Positions 1 to 12,900 of a stretch of DNA of 64,000 nt are shown here, piece after piece. Position 1 is the stretch's first letter. The number at the start of each line of letters is the position of its first letter. Under the pieces are notes generated by a model, which saw only the letters and a list, made by a program, of their open reading frames with translations, made no database searches and had not been told where the DNA came from. A program made the translations under genes and the position numbers. Location: positions 13,144,001 to 13,208,000 of the forward strand of contig CM022676.1 of the NCBI GenBank assembly GCA_012295275.1. Direction: 5' to 3'. Origin of the DNA: Chrysomallon squamiferum. Its lineage: Eukaryota > Animalia > Mollusca.

Positions 1-377
1 ATTAATATTTTTATGTTCATTAACAAACTTTATTTACATTAGAAGGTAGCGTTGAGAAATGTAAAGCAGACAACTGAAAGTAGATTCCTTAAAAATGAAT
101 ACGTTAAGTGGTATTAGGAACATTAATCAAGTAAAAATATCAAAGCTATTTAAGTACGTCTTCTTAGAATACGAAGAAATCAAAATATATTTCATATATT
201 TCTAATATGCTTTCTTTGTCAGCTGAAAATTAATTAACTGTATCAGAAGACAAAATACAGCCTCCACTTTGCACACCATCATAGAAGATTTAAACTGAGA
301 ACGAACTTTGTTTTGCAGTGCACACGTATTCACGTGCAGGACAGTTTTGCATCTTCTAGATTTTCCATTAATACAAG

Positions 378-436
<59 letters not shown>

Positions 437-1049
437 TAATCATAATAATAATAAATGTTTTGCAGTTTTTGTCGATTACATTTTGTATTTATTTATTTAC
501 TTATTTATTTTATGTTATTATTTAAAAAAATATTTCTTAAGTTCCTTATATCTATCTATCTATCTATCTCTCTTTATATATATCTGCATGCCCCATTTAG
601 ATAAATAATAATTGTTGATGCAGTAATCTAAGTCAAGTTAATAAGTGAGTTGTCAAATTCTAGTGTAGTTATCAGACATACATTTTATGTTGAGTAAAAA
701 TGTACTGTATGTGAGGAAATGGATTAAATTTAATTACATTTACTCTTGTGTGTAAGTTACAAATGAATCATTTTAAGTATTGTACATAATGCTTCATCAG
801 ATTATATATTAAAAATTAAAACTGAGACTGACATCAAACCCTAATCCTAGCAACCCTGGCCAAGGCCTAAACCCTCTTTGTAAAAAAAATAAAAAAAAAA
901 ATCAAAAAAAATCAAGAAAACAAAATTTGATTCAATAAATTATTAATTAATATCCATCGTATTCTTTATTATGTTTTAGGAAATATTTGCATTTAAATCT
1001 GTTCCTAACTTTAATAAGAAATGTCCTGGATTTACTGAATTAATTTGTT

Positions 1050-1088
<39 letters not shown>

Positions 1089-1123
1089 TTATTGTTATTG
1101 TTAATTTTATTATTTATTATTAC

Positions 1124-1154
<31 letters not shown>

Positions 1155-1784
1155 GTTGTTGTTGTTGTTGTTGTTGTTCCTGTTATTGTTGTTGTTTTAC
1201 TTTATTTTTTTTTTAGTTTTTTATTCTAAAACACATTTTTAATATTTTTAACATTTGACATGTTTTATCTACAAAATATTTCTAACCCAAGTCTTCCCCA
1301 TAACCATAACCATAACTCTAAATATGTCACAAAATAAAGTCTAGAAAACAGAAAGGGAAACTACTTCTACTACTACTCCCACTACTAGTTTTACTACTAC
1401 TAATAATAATAAATACATAAACAAAAAACAAACAAAAAAGATTGCAACAACAAACTATTTATTTTTCATTTATTAAGAAAGAAAGCAAGATTACGTAGAG
1501 AACAAATTGATTTTAATTTGATATTTATTCCATATTGTGATCATATTTTAATTTTTAATATGTAAATGTAAAGCTTGAATAAGAAATAAAATAAAATTAA
1601 ATTAAATAAAAAAAAGTTAAAAAAATACTGAATAAAATTTCTAAACGAAGTAAATAAAAAGAAAAAGTGCAAATTATAATTCTTTTCTCATAAAAGCCAA
1701 AAATTGTAAAAGGTTAATGCTTAAAGTAACTTCATAGTAATTTAGTATTATTGTTATTGTTATTATTATTATTATTATTATTAT

Positions 1785-1852
<68 letters not shown>

Positions 1853-2178
1853 TATGGAGGGGAGGTTAAAATACAGTTCTACCACTGATAAATGTAAATA
1901 AATAAATGAAAGAAAATAAAAATAAAAGCAAAATATATACATTTAGGATCAGTTTCAACAAAAAGGAAATTAACGGTCTAAGGGGAATAACTCTAAAATA
2001 TCTAAGGGGACATTCACTTTTCTTGTCTTTGAATTAAAGTTTTCTGTTAATTATTGGAATAAATGTAATTATTGAGTTCTTTATTTTCAGTATTTTTTTC
2101 AAACGTAACTATGTTGTAATAGTATTAAATTTTGTAACATAGTTAACGAAAACAAGTAATCTGAAAAATCATTTTAGA
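1..2178 (+). repeat. Direct segmental repeat, copy A (matches ~20425-22268, the 3' flank of gene 1)
   Basis: Shared unique sequence, e.g. aacaaactttatttacat...gtaaagcagacaactgaaagtagatt at ~22 and ~20443, and aacgaaaacaagtaatctgaaaaatcattttaga ending at 2178 and ~22268. The part from ~1200 to 2178 is nearly identical to its partner. Confidence 0.9.
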
Positions 2179-2378
2179 NNNNNNNNNNNNNNNNNNNNNN
2201 NNNNNNNNNNNNNNNNNNNNNNNNNNNNNNNNNNNNNNNNNNNNNNNNNNNNNNNNNNNNNNNNNNNNNNNNNNNNNNNNNNNNNNNNNNNNNNNNNNNN
2301 NNNNNNNNNNNNNNNNNNNNNNNNNNNNNNNNNNNNNNNNNNNNNNNNNNNNNNNNNNNNNNNNNNNNNNNNNNNNNN
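2179..2378. other. Assembly gap (200 N)
   Basis: Run of N characters. Confidence 1.
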
Positions 2379-2659
2379 CATTCACAATGGCATATTGAGA
2401 TATTTACTAGTTCTGTCATGATTATTTACATGTAGTACAGGAAGTTCATTCATTTATTTTTTTATTTGGTTATTCATTTTATTTTATTCATTTGTATTAT
2501 TCAGTTATTTATGCCAGTTAGAGTTATTTATTAATGTATTATTTAGTTATTCATCTTGTTTATCTGTTTTGTTTTTGATTTTAGTCTTGACAGAATGAGA
2601 TATTTTTATGCCTTAACCGGATAAGTAGACCTTTATTACAGTAGAGCGCTGAAGTAATA

Positions 2660-3014
2660 ACGTGACCGAGTAAGATATAACCTAAGATAGACTGGCTATA
2701 ACTTGTGTACACAGAAAACAAAGTAAATCTGTACATACTATGGCGATAGTGGGATACATACTTGTTTTCTGGATTGTTGGCTATTGTTTGGTAAAGTTTT
2801 ATTGTTACTATGTAATTCATACATTGTTAGATATTACAGATAAAACTGTGTACTGAAAAATTCAGTCTGCGCCCTGGTTAAAAACTAGTTTGGTGTATTA
2901 TTATTTAAACTGCACGTCGTCTCTGTGAAAAGTGAATGAATCGGACTATGAAGTCCCATAAACTGTAAGGAACGTTAAACATATCAGATTTGCGACGTAT
3001 ATTTTAGATAATAG

Positions 3015-3050
<36 letters not shown>

Positions 3051-3063
3051 TAATAATAAGAAC

Positions 3064-3098
<35 letters not shown>

Positions 3099-3560
3099 TA
3101 TTAAATAATAATAATAATAATAACAATTATGTAATAAATATATAAAATAACAGAAAGAGACGCGATTAAGATTGTGTTTTATTTCGATGTTGTGAAGTGC
3201 AGTGTTCTACAGTGATAGTAAAATATATAGTGACAGCTAGTATAGTGTTATAATGTTACAGCTCATTGATACACTGAGTATGAAAAGTCTTGTATGTGAT
3301 GTAAATGTTTTAAATGTATACTCTGTTATTAGCAGATATACGTCCTTATATAAATGTTGAATATTGTTATCAGTGCATTTGCAGAATTACACTGTACAGC
3401 TATCTGAATTATTCATTTCTTCATTTGTTCTTCAAGGTGAATGTTTCTTGTGTTTATATATTTTATATATAATTATTTACCTATATTGGTAATTAATATA
3501 AGCTAAATCGTACACTAACAATTAATCACTTGCAATACCATTTAAAGAATATTTTAGTCA
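2660..3560 (+). repeat. Upstream block paralogous to ~30770-31720 (5' region of gene 2)
   Basis: Shared strings such as cgatgttgtgaagtgcagtgttctacagtgatagtaaaat and tatgaaaagtcttgtatgtgatgtaaatgttttaaatgtatactctgttatt. Confidence 0.85.
2740..2790 (+). pseudogene. Leader (signal-peptide) exon copy MAIVGYILVFWIVGYCL with donor shifted to phase 0
   Basis: Paralogous to the intact leader at 30832-30886. Donor reads TTG|GTAAAG here versus TTA G|GTAAGT there. Confidence 0.6.
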
Positions 3561-4165
3561 AAACAAATATTTTAGAAACATGTGACAGAGACAGGAAGTA
3601 TTATTTTGTAGAAAGAAAGAGCTAATTTTCTATAACAAATGAAAAGTAACTACACTGACTGTACTTCATTCAGTTTTATCTAATTTATCGTGAATGCAGT
3701 TAATTAATTAAAAGACTGAAAGACATAAACAAATTCCCCCGAGTAAAAAAAAAAAAAAAAAAAAAAAAAAAGACTCACGCTTAGATTATATTTCACATAA
3801 TGAAGTTGTCGGAAATGATCTACTGAAATACTTCAAATTGTTACTCTAAAAATTATCTTCGAGAAACAAAAATCATTGAATAATTAAGAGCAAGAAAAAC
3901 AAATCTACGGCAACATGTGTATAACAGTTATTCTTATCACTATTGCAATCCGACACCATTTGTAATATATCTATCTATCTATCTATCTATCTATAATTTT
4001 GTTTTCGTGAATAGACTTTGTTCAAACTAAAGTAATGTACGTAACAGTATACCAAGTGAAATTATTAGATAACCAATTTTATAATTACTGACTGTACAAC
4101 AGCACATAACACATTAAAATCAAATTGATATACGTACTCTTACACTGTTCTTTATTCAGAACATT

Positions 4166-4217
4166 ATGTATCTGTATAATATCTGGTTTCAGTTGACAGT
4201 TATCACTGTAGTGACCA
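4166..4217 (+). CDS. Gene 1 exon 1: signal peptide MYLYNIWFQLTVITVVT
   Basis: ATG, hydrophobic stretch, phase-1 donor A|GTTAGT in frame with the next exon. Confidence 0.7.
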
Positions 4218-4438
4218 GTTAGTACAGTGTGTAATGAATGATAATTAAAATCGTGAATAGTTTCATAGATTTTTACTGTGAATCACTAAATAATTCAAAC
4301 TTCTAGAGGACTGTATGGTAGTATACGTGCAAAATATATCGTATTATGTCAGGTTGACGGCCGAATACATTGGAAAAATGTTAGACACTGAATATCTGAA
4401 ATAATTAACATGCGGTTTGAATCATTTTAGGTAAGACA

Positions 4439-4473
<35 letters not shown>

Positions 4474-5800
4474 TAAAAAATAATTTAAAAAACTATTTAA
4501 TTTTTTCAAATCTCCATTTTTTTTATGAATAATGTATTCATTTATTATTTAAAAATTTTCCGTACAGGTGTATCATTGAAGATATCTGGTTCTTTGTCTT
4601 ATGCAGTGTTGAATGAGAAATTTACATTTACTTGTTCTGTGTCACAGGCTGCTGGTCTTAGTGATCTGATACTATTTTATAAACTAAAACCTGGAGGTCA
4701 TAAACAGCTGCTAGGTTCTCTCTATCAGACTGTTGATAGTTGTTCTTTATTCAATCGTGCTACTGGCTACACTCCAGTGTGTGGAGAAGGGATAGACGTT
4801 GGATCATCAAGTGTAAAGAACTACACACTGACCATAAACAGAACTTCAGCTGATGATGAAGCACTTTGGTGGTGTCAACTGAATACAGCTTTAAACAAGA
4901 GCAACAATTTTACTTTACCTGTTTACTGTACTTATCATATTAACTAAACAAGTATTGGAATTTTAATCATTTTAAACATTAAACTAAATAAAATGATATT
5001 AATTTGTGTCCGTGTAACATCAAATAAAATTACATTTCCATACGTAGACTGTAGATAATGTTTATTAAATATTATTCTAATTTTATTACTTAGATGGTCC
5101 AGACTCTGTTACACTCAGTTTAACATCACCTGTTGAAGTGGTAGAAGGACACAGTCTCAGTGCTGACTGTGTTGCTGTGTGTAAGCCAAGCTGTTCCTAC
5201 TCGTGGAAGCTGGGAAATGATGAACTCACATCAAACTCTCAACTGAGACTGTCAAACATCAGCAGGAATGAAGCAGGAAATGTTTACACGTGTACAGTGA
5301 CAAACTCTGAAACAAAACAGTCTGAAAGTAACACTGTAACACTGACTGTCTTCTGTGAGTTACTCAGATTTTTCTTTGATATTATTAACATCGTTAAAAT
5401 TTAATAGATAGCATTTAAATCAGCGTAAGTCTAAAACAAAAGAGACTAAAAGTAACCAGTTGACACTGACAGCTTATTGTGAGCTATATTTTTAAATATC
5501 TATTTAATTTTGAGTCTCGTTTTCACTAGTATTAAATCACAGTAACAACACCGAAACAAAACAGTCTGAAAGAAACAACTTAGGACTGACAATTTACTTT
5601 GAGTTATTCAAGTTTCATTGCAAAACATGAATGTTTAATAGTATTTACCTCTAATTGACTGAACTTAATGGAGTATTGATTTTAATCTCTTCTTGTTTTA
5701 AATTTAAATGCAAAGCTTAGTTAATTGTTACAAGATTAGACTCAATAATTTTAGTAATACATAACAGTGCTTTTGTCACATTTATTATTATTATTATTAT

Positions 5801-5862
<62 letters not shown>

Positions 5863-6857
5863 TGTTTTGTTTTTGTCACAGTTAAATATTCTTGAATCTT
5901 GTTTGATAGTGTAAATTACGTATATCAAAAAGTTATAAATTATAGACTAGGAATAAACATACGTAATATTAAGTATAAGAAAAATGTGGAACAACGTGAA
6001 TAAGAAACCTTATGATGGGAATGCTAATCATAATTACATGAAGAGAAGAAAAGTATACATAAGTGGAAAAAAATAAAACGAATAAATTAAAATATGCTTA
6101 AGAGAGATCTAATCAGAAGATATTAATTAACTTCATTAAATAAGCAGCAATGAGAAGATTAATATTTTTGTGATTAAGTAATAAATTTAATTATTATATT
6201 TTCTTGGTAATTTTCTTACAAAATATACTTTTATATTAATAATTAACCAATTAATAAATTATTTGTCTTGTTTATGGCATCAGATAAATATGTGTGTTTT
6301 TGGTGCAAATGAAAATATTCCCAATCTCTTACTGCTTTCAACAAAACAGTCGCCTTCCAACATTCATAAAAACAGTCTACAGTTATGTCAAGAGCAGAAT
6401 GAAAAAAATCACAGAAATTAGACGTGATATTGCTCGTACGAGTTTATGCCGAAACTATAATATATTTTTCAAACGTAAAGTGTAATAAATTACTGATTTG
6501 CTCTTTCATTTCCAGATCCACCGAGTTCATCTCCAGCTGTTTCAGGAACAACGTTTCCTGTGTTTGAAGGTGACACTGTCACACTGAACTGTTCTACAAC
6601 TGGTGGGAACCCAAAACCAAATCTGAACTGGACATGTTATAATCCTGTACACTGCTCTGACAGAGAAGAAACCAGAACGTGTACAATATCTTTCATAGCT
6701 AACAGGACTCAGCTAACTGTTTACCACAGTAGAAATCAAAACCAGGAAAATAAGACAATACGAAATGATGAGAAAAACAAGAAATAACAATAAAACAAAC
6801 AAACAAACACGAAAAGAACAGTGAAGATTTTTTTATTTAAAAACATAAACACACACA

Positions 6858-6904
<47 letters not shown>

Positions 6905-9900
6905 ACACGAACAGAAAGACATGGAGAGAGAACACGCACAGATAGACAGATACATAGATCATTTCCAAATAAGGAATATTAATAAAGCATTCAAACAATT
7001 TTATTGATTATTATTCATTTAAACAGTTACGTTTGGTATTTGTTATTTATTTTTGTTTTATATATATGTTTGTGTTTGTATGTGTGTGCGCGTTCGCGCG
7101 CGCGTATATGTGTGTGTGTGTGTTTTCTAGACAGACAGAGAGATAGATGTAGATAGTAATAACATTTCATATTTTTTTTCTATTTTTTTATTTGAGTATA
7201 ATTTAATTTATTTTATGTTATTTTATTTTATTTTATTTTATTTTATTTTATTTCATTTTATATATCGTGTCTTTACTTTATTAATATAATTACTCAAAAT
7301 GTTTTTTAGGTTTTGTAAACCTTTCTGGTTTTCCCTCTGCTGTGTTCAGACAAAGCTACACATTCCAGTGTTCTGTGTCAGGCAGCATCACTTTACCTGT
7401 CAGCTTTGTAAGAAATAAAAATATTATTTGTACAGTTCTGTCATCTTGCCATCAAGTTGATCCTGATCCTGGTTACTCTTGTACATGTGCTGGTCAGACT
7501 GGAACTTCTACACTCTTCAATCTGACAATAAACAGTGTCAGTCTTGTAGATGAAGCTAAGTGGACATGTACATATGATGGAAGTATTAGCAACAATTGTT
7601 ATTTACAAGTTTTCAGTAAGTTATTTGTTTTTAATTTGATTAAGTACTTTTTATTATTTTATGTTGTACTTTAGTGTAGTAATTGTTAGTTGCAATTTAT
7701 ACACAATAACAATTTTATTCAACAGATACATCCAAAAATTTCAAAATGAAAAGATGAATATATTCACTGAAATTTGTTAGGCAAACATTTATCAGCAAAC
7801 AAAAATAAAATAATTAGGTTTTTTTTCTGTTTAAAACTTTTTAAACAAACTATAAATTTATGATCACACGAATAAAAAACAAAATCAATCATTATGTGTC
7901 ATAATAATGGAAATATTAAGCTGAATATTAAGTTAAATAGAATATTTTGTATTCTGATATTTAATCTATGACATTTTATTAATTTATGTCAGAAAAAGAA
8001 ACAATTGATATAAACTATACATATCTGAATCAAACAACAAAACTTTTTAAAAGAAGTGATGTTGTTTTTTTTTGCACTGAAATTTAGTATGTTTTGACAA
8101 ATGTAAGAACATTTGCTCCTGAATTATTAAATGAAGTAGATTTAACTGAGCTTCATAAAAGGCTGTATTCTTTCTCAATAGTGTACATCAGTTTTTATGT
8201 TAAACTCAGTGTACTAAAGAGAAGGTGATAAAATGACTACTAGTTCAAGGCTGTGCAAAAAAAAAGAGAATATACTGATGAGCTGCACTGAAAACAACTG
8301 ATAATTTCTCTCAAGAATAATAGTTAATGGTGTTAGGTGTTCAAGCATAGTTTGTCAATTGCTTTAATAATCTTGACATACTAAACACTTACACAGTTGT
8401 AGATAGTGCATGACTAATTCACCAGCAAACATCAAGTAAATTATAAGCAAATAGATGTTCAGCAATGAATGCAGGAATAAAATAACTCATACTTAGCTAT
8501 TCAGTTTTGTTTTGTTTTTGTGTAATGGATTATAATTCAAATTAATGTTCATATATTTCCTGGGATTTTGTGGAGGTAGATTGAAAGCAAACAAACTCTA
8601 TGACTATGTAGGTCTTATTCAACAACCAGTCCGGACAAATTCCAAGACAGCTGTTGATACACTAAGAAATCTGAGCAGCTCACAGACCGAAAGACCTAGA
8701 CATGAGCTGATCACTTGGACCAGTGAAAACTGACCACTGGTGAAAACCTGTTAGCTGGAAAGATAATGATGAATTTGCCATTTTGGTTCCACCGAACTGC
8801 ATGTACAATGATTTGCCTCATAAACATTCCATATATTTATATTTTTCAGCTCCAGTTAATTATACAATCACAGAAGTTTCTGGATCAAGACCAAACTCAT
8901 TTAACATCACTGAGGGAAACTCTGCTGTTTTACCTGTGTTTGTACAGGGGAGCCAAACCAGCACCGACTGTTTCACAGATCTTGTGGTACGTAGACACAG
9001 TAACAAGCTTCCTGTCAGCATCACTGGATCTCCCCACTACTACTGACAGACTGACAACATTAAATGTGACGTACACAGCCAGCAGAGAACATGATGGTCA
9101 GAAAGATTTCTGTGCTGCTGAAAATAACTTGATGATTGACCAAAGTATCCCTGCTGTCAACTCAAGCAACACAATTGGATTAGTAATTCAAAGTAATTAT
9201 TTATTTTATTTTTACAAATTTAGAAATCTCCCATTTATTTCAACAAATGAAATATGACTGACATTAACATAACATTAGAAGTGCAAATTCACATCAGTAA
9301 TTCATATCTTAAAGTTTAGTCAAAATAATTATGAAGATTGTTTAAAATATCTGTTTGGTGTGTGTGTGCGTGTGATTTCTATGTGAATGTACTTGTAACA
9401 TTGCCGTATGTTTTTATTTCTATTCGTACAGTTACTCGAGTTAAACAGATTACAAAACATGATTGAACATAAACTGTATTATATTCATAATTATTCACTG
9501 TTGTGAAATTTTGTTATGTCATGAAAAAACTAGGACTGCCCGAAAATACAGTTAAATAATTTAAAAAAAAAAAAACTTAACCGGAATTAACTTTTTTGAT
9601 TTTCTAGTACTGCTTATGATAATGAAACTAAATAAAGTATGAAAATATTTTTCACTTGATCTGAACTTGAGAGTTATCAATTGAATACCATTGTGTTTTA
9701 AGTGTCAGTAGTTTAAAGGATTCTTGTTTCAAAAAAAAACAAAAATGAAATAGTTTTTTGTTACTTGTTAATTATCAGTAAATTCTATCCGGAGTATTAC
9801 GATCACTGCATTTAACTGAATTAATAATTTCTGTTACATATCAGTTTTATTATATGAACAAAATTATCGTATTATAATAAAACTTTTATAAACTTAGTTC

Positions 9901-12900
9901 ATTATTAACAAACTAACAAGAAAAGAGGAATGATCACTGTTATCACCGTACATAGAATACACTAACTAATACGTGAAGAGTAGATTTCTGTTGATATGTG
10001 ACTTCATTCTGGTTCAGAAGTGACAGAACTGAAGTGAAATAACAGTTTTCCTATGTTTATTTAACAGTCAGGTAATTATTAAATAATTCAATTAAATTTA
10101 ACATATTTTTATTAATATGAAATGTTCTGCTTGCAGGTCCACCAGACTTTCCTTCTACAAGTGGTGAGTGTCCAGATACTTACATAGAGTCAGGACAGAG
10201 TGGAACTTGTGTGTGTAACACCACTTTTCTAGGAACACCTGCTGGCACAGTAAGCTGGATAACTCCTGATGGAACTGACACACACAAACACACTCTTGTC
10301 TTGAAATCTATTAATAGAAAGTACAACAATCAGAATTACACTTCTCAAGTCAGAAACTACGTGGAGATCAGAAACTTGACATTTACAACAAAACTAGCAT
10401 GTATATCATTGTTAAAACTTTAATAACATTTTTTTTATCTGTTTGTAATTATTTTATTCAGAATTTATTGTATATTTATTTTTTCTATTTTATTTTTTTA
10501 TTAATTTTTTTTATTTATTTTTTTAAAAAGTAAGAGCGACACAAAATAAGATTATTCTTAAAGAAAATGAATTTATTTGTGACATTTTATAATTTACTAA
10601 CAGAGTTTAACTGTTATCCTCTACTTCCTTTTTGTTTTCACATCTTTATTTCCATTTTCTAAGATTAAAGAACCAGTATAGTCTTATAATGTTATACATT
10701 TTAGTTGGTCCTGATAGAACTGATATAACTGGCAACCAAGCAGATTTTGATGCTGATGGAATCAGAAAATTGACCTTGACCTGTATTAGTGCATCATCAA
10801 GTCCCAGTGTGAACTTTACTTGGAGAAATGTCACTAGTGGTCAGATTCTGATTTCAAACGAACCAATCAGAGAACAAGACGCTGGTGATGGAGGAAAGCT
10901 GTTTAGTTAGAATCTGGTTTTGGTTCCACAGTGGTATCAAGATGGAGATGAAATAGAGTGTGAAACTAAGAATTCTCAGATATCTGACAAAAACTCAAAA
11001 ACAAAAACTACACTGAGTTTGATTTGTGAGTACAATGTAAAATATTATATAATAACAATAACAATAACAATAATAATAATAATAATAATAAACTGATTTT
11101 GAATATTTACTCGTTTTGGATAGAATTAGGTTCAGGTGCCATAATATGATTTGTTTACCATAGTTCGGGCTCAAACACAATCTAGATGTATTTAACTCAT
11201 TCAATGAAATTAAGAGTAAGGATAAGCTGTGTGAGGTGTGATCACGTACACCCTGGAACGTGTACACAGTGTTGACTGTCCTGTGAAAAACATCGTGAAC
11301 ATTAACAAAACAGATAATGACAATTTTGTTTTCAGATCCACCTGTGAATCCTCCAGAAATAAGAGGATACAAGACAGGACAAGTGGTTTATGAAGGAGAC
11401 ACACTGAACATTCGCTGTGTTGTGTCAGGTGGTAAACCTCTAGTGACATCAGTAAGTCTGTCTTGTGACACAGATCACAGGAACACTTCATCTGAGAGAG
11501 ATGAAAACAGTGTTTTTGTAGATTTGTCATTTACAGTTACAGGAAATCTTAACTCTAAGACTTGTCAGTGCAGTTCAGTTCACCAGACTCACATATATAC
11601 TGTAAGTATATAATAATAATAATAATAATAACAATAACAATAATAATAATAATGATAATGATAATAATAATAAAAATAATGATGATGATGATGACAGAGA
11701 TTATATTTATGCTGCTCATGATATTGATAATATAATTGACAATAACCAAGGTAACAATAAAAACATGGAAAATAAAATAATGATTAGAACAGTATAATAC
11801 TTTGTTGTTCTTCTTAAGGTTTTAAACTAAGCGTTTTTAATAAATTATTTATACTGTATTATTTAGATCCACCATCATCTCCAGATCTGGTTCTAAGTTT
11901 GAGTTTTCCGTGGTTAGAAGGTCAGAGTAGAAACCTGACTTGTGCAGTGTCTGAAAGAGGAAATCCTCCAGTTGTCATTGTCTGGTTTAAAAACGGAGTG
12001 AAAGATTCCACACACACAAACTCCTACTGGCTGTTCAAACATCTGTCCTACACAGACAACAGACAGACATTTATGTGTCAAGCTACAAATAACTTCACAC
12101 TCCACAACAATGATCCAAAGTCATCTGAAAATAAAACACTAAATGTTTACTGTGAGTATTGTGTGTTTTAATCAAACAAAATTTTAGTATCTTGGAAATG
12201 TTCATTTCATTTAATATTGACAAATGTTATTCTAGTCAGTATTGAATACTTTGAAAGAAAATTAAAGCTTTCTGATATTTAAACATATAAACTGATAATG
12301 TAGATATGACTGTTATTTTATTTTATGTTGAATTTTCCTAAATATTCTATTTACTAAAATAAATATGTTTTTTTAGTATTTACATCGTGATTAACATTAT
12401 TTCACTATTTCTACAGACTGCATCTTTCAGTTCAGCACAAGTATCCATTTAATTATTTTACATGGTTAATTTTCTCTTTCATATTCAAACTGCTACAGTT
12501 ACAATTTTTCTTCAAACTTCATATTTATACATTATTTAAATACAGCCATAGTAAGTTGTTTGTAAAAGTCAAAAGTGTGCATCTTCCTGCAAATTATATA
12601 CGAGAACAGTTATGAAAAATATGACTCAGTAATTAGAGGAAAAGTGTTCAGTGCAATACAACATTCACTATTCAGTAGAGGAGAAGTCAGTATTAATGTA
12701 GCTGGTAACTTTTGATTAAAATACGAAATGTCTGGTGATGCATTACATAACATTTTTGTACGAATAAATACATTTACACAAAGATACACAAAAGTGACTT
12801 TCACTGAAAGTAATTAAAATTGATTTTTTTTCATACTAATTCTACAAATAAAATCTGTTATACTACTAAAATAATTTGGATATTAATTCTGAAAATAAAA

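Noticed and set aside
2143-2419. ORFs of X residues
   Set aside because: Artefacts of the N gap
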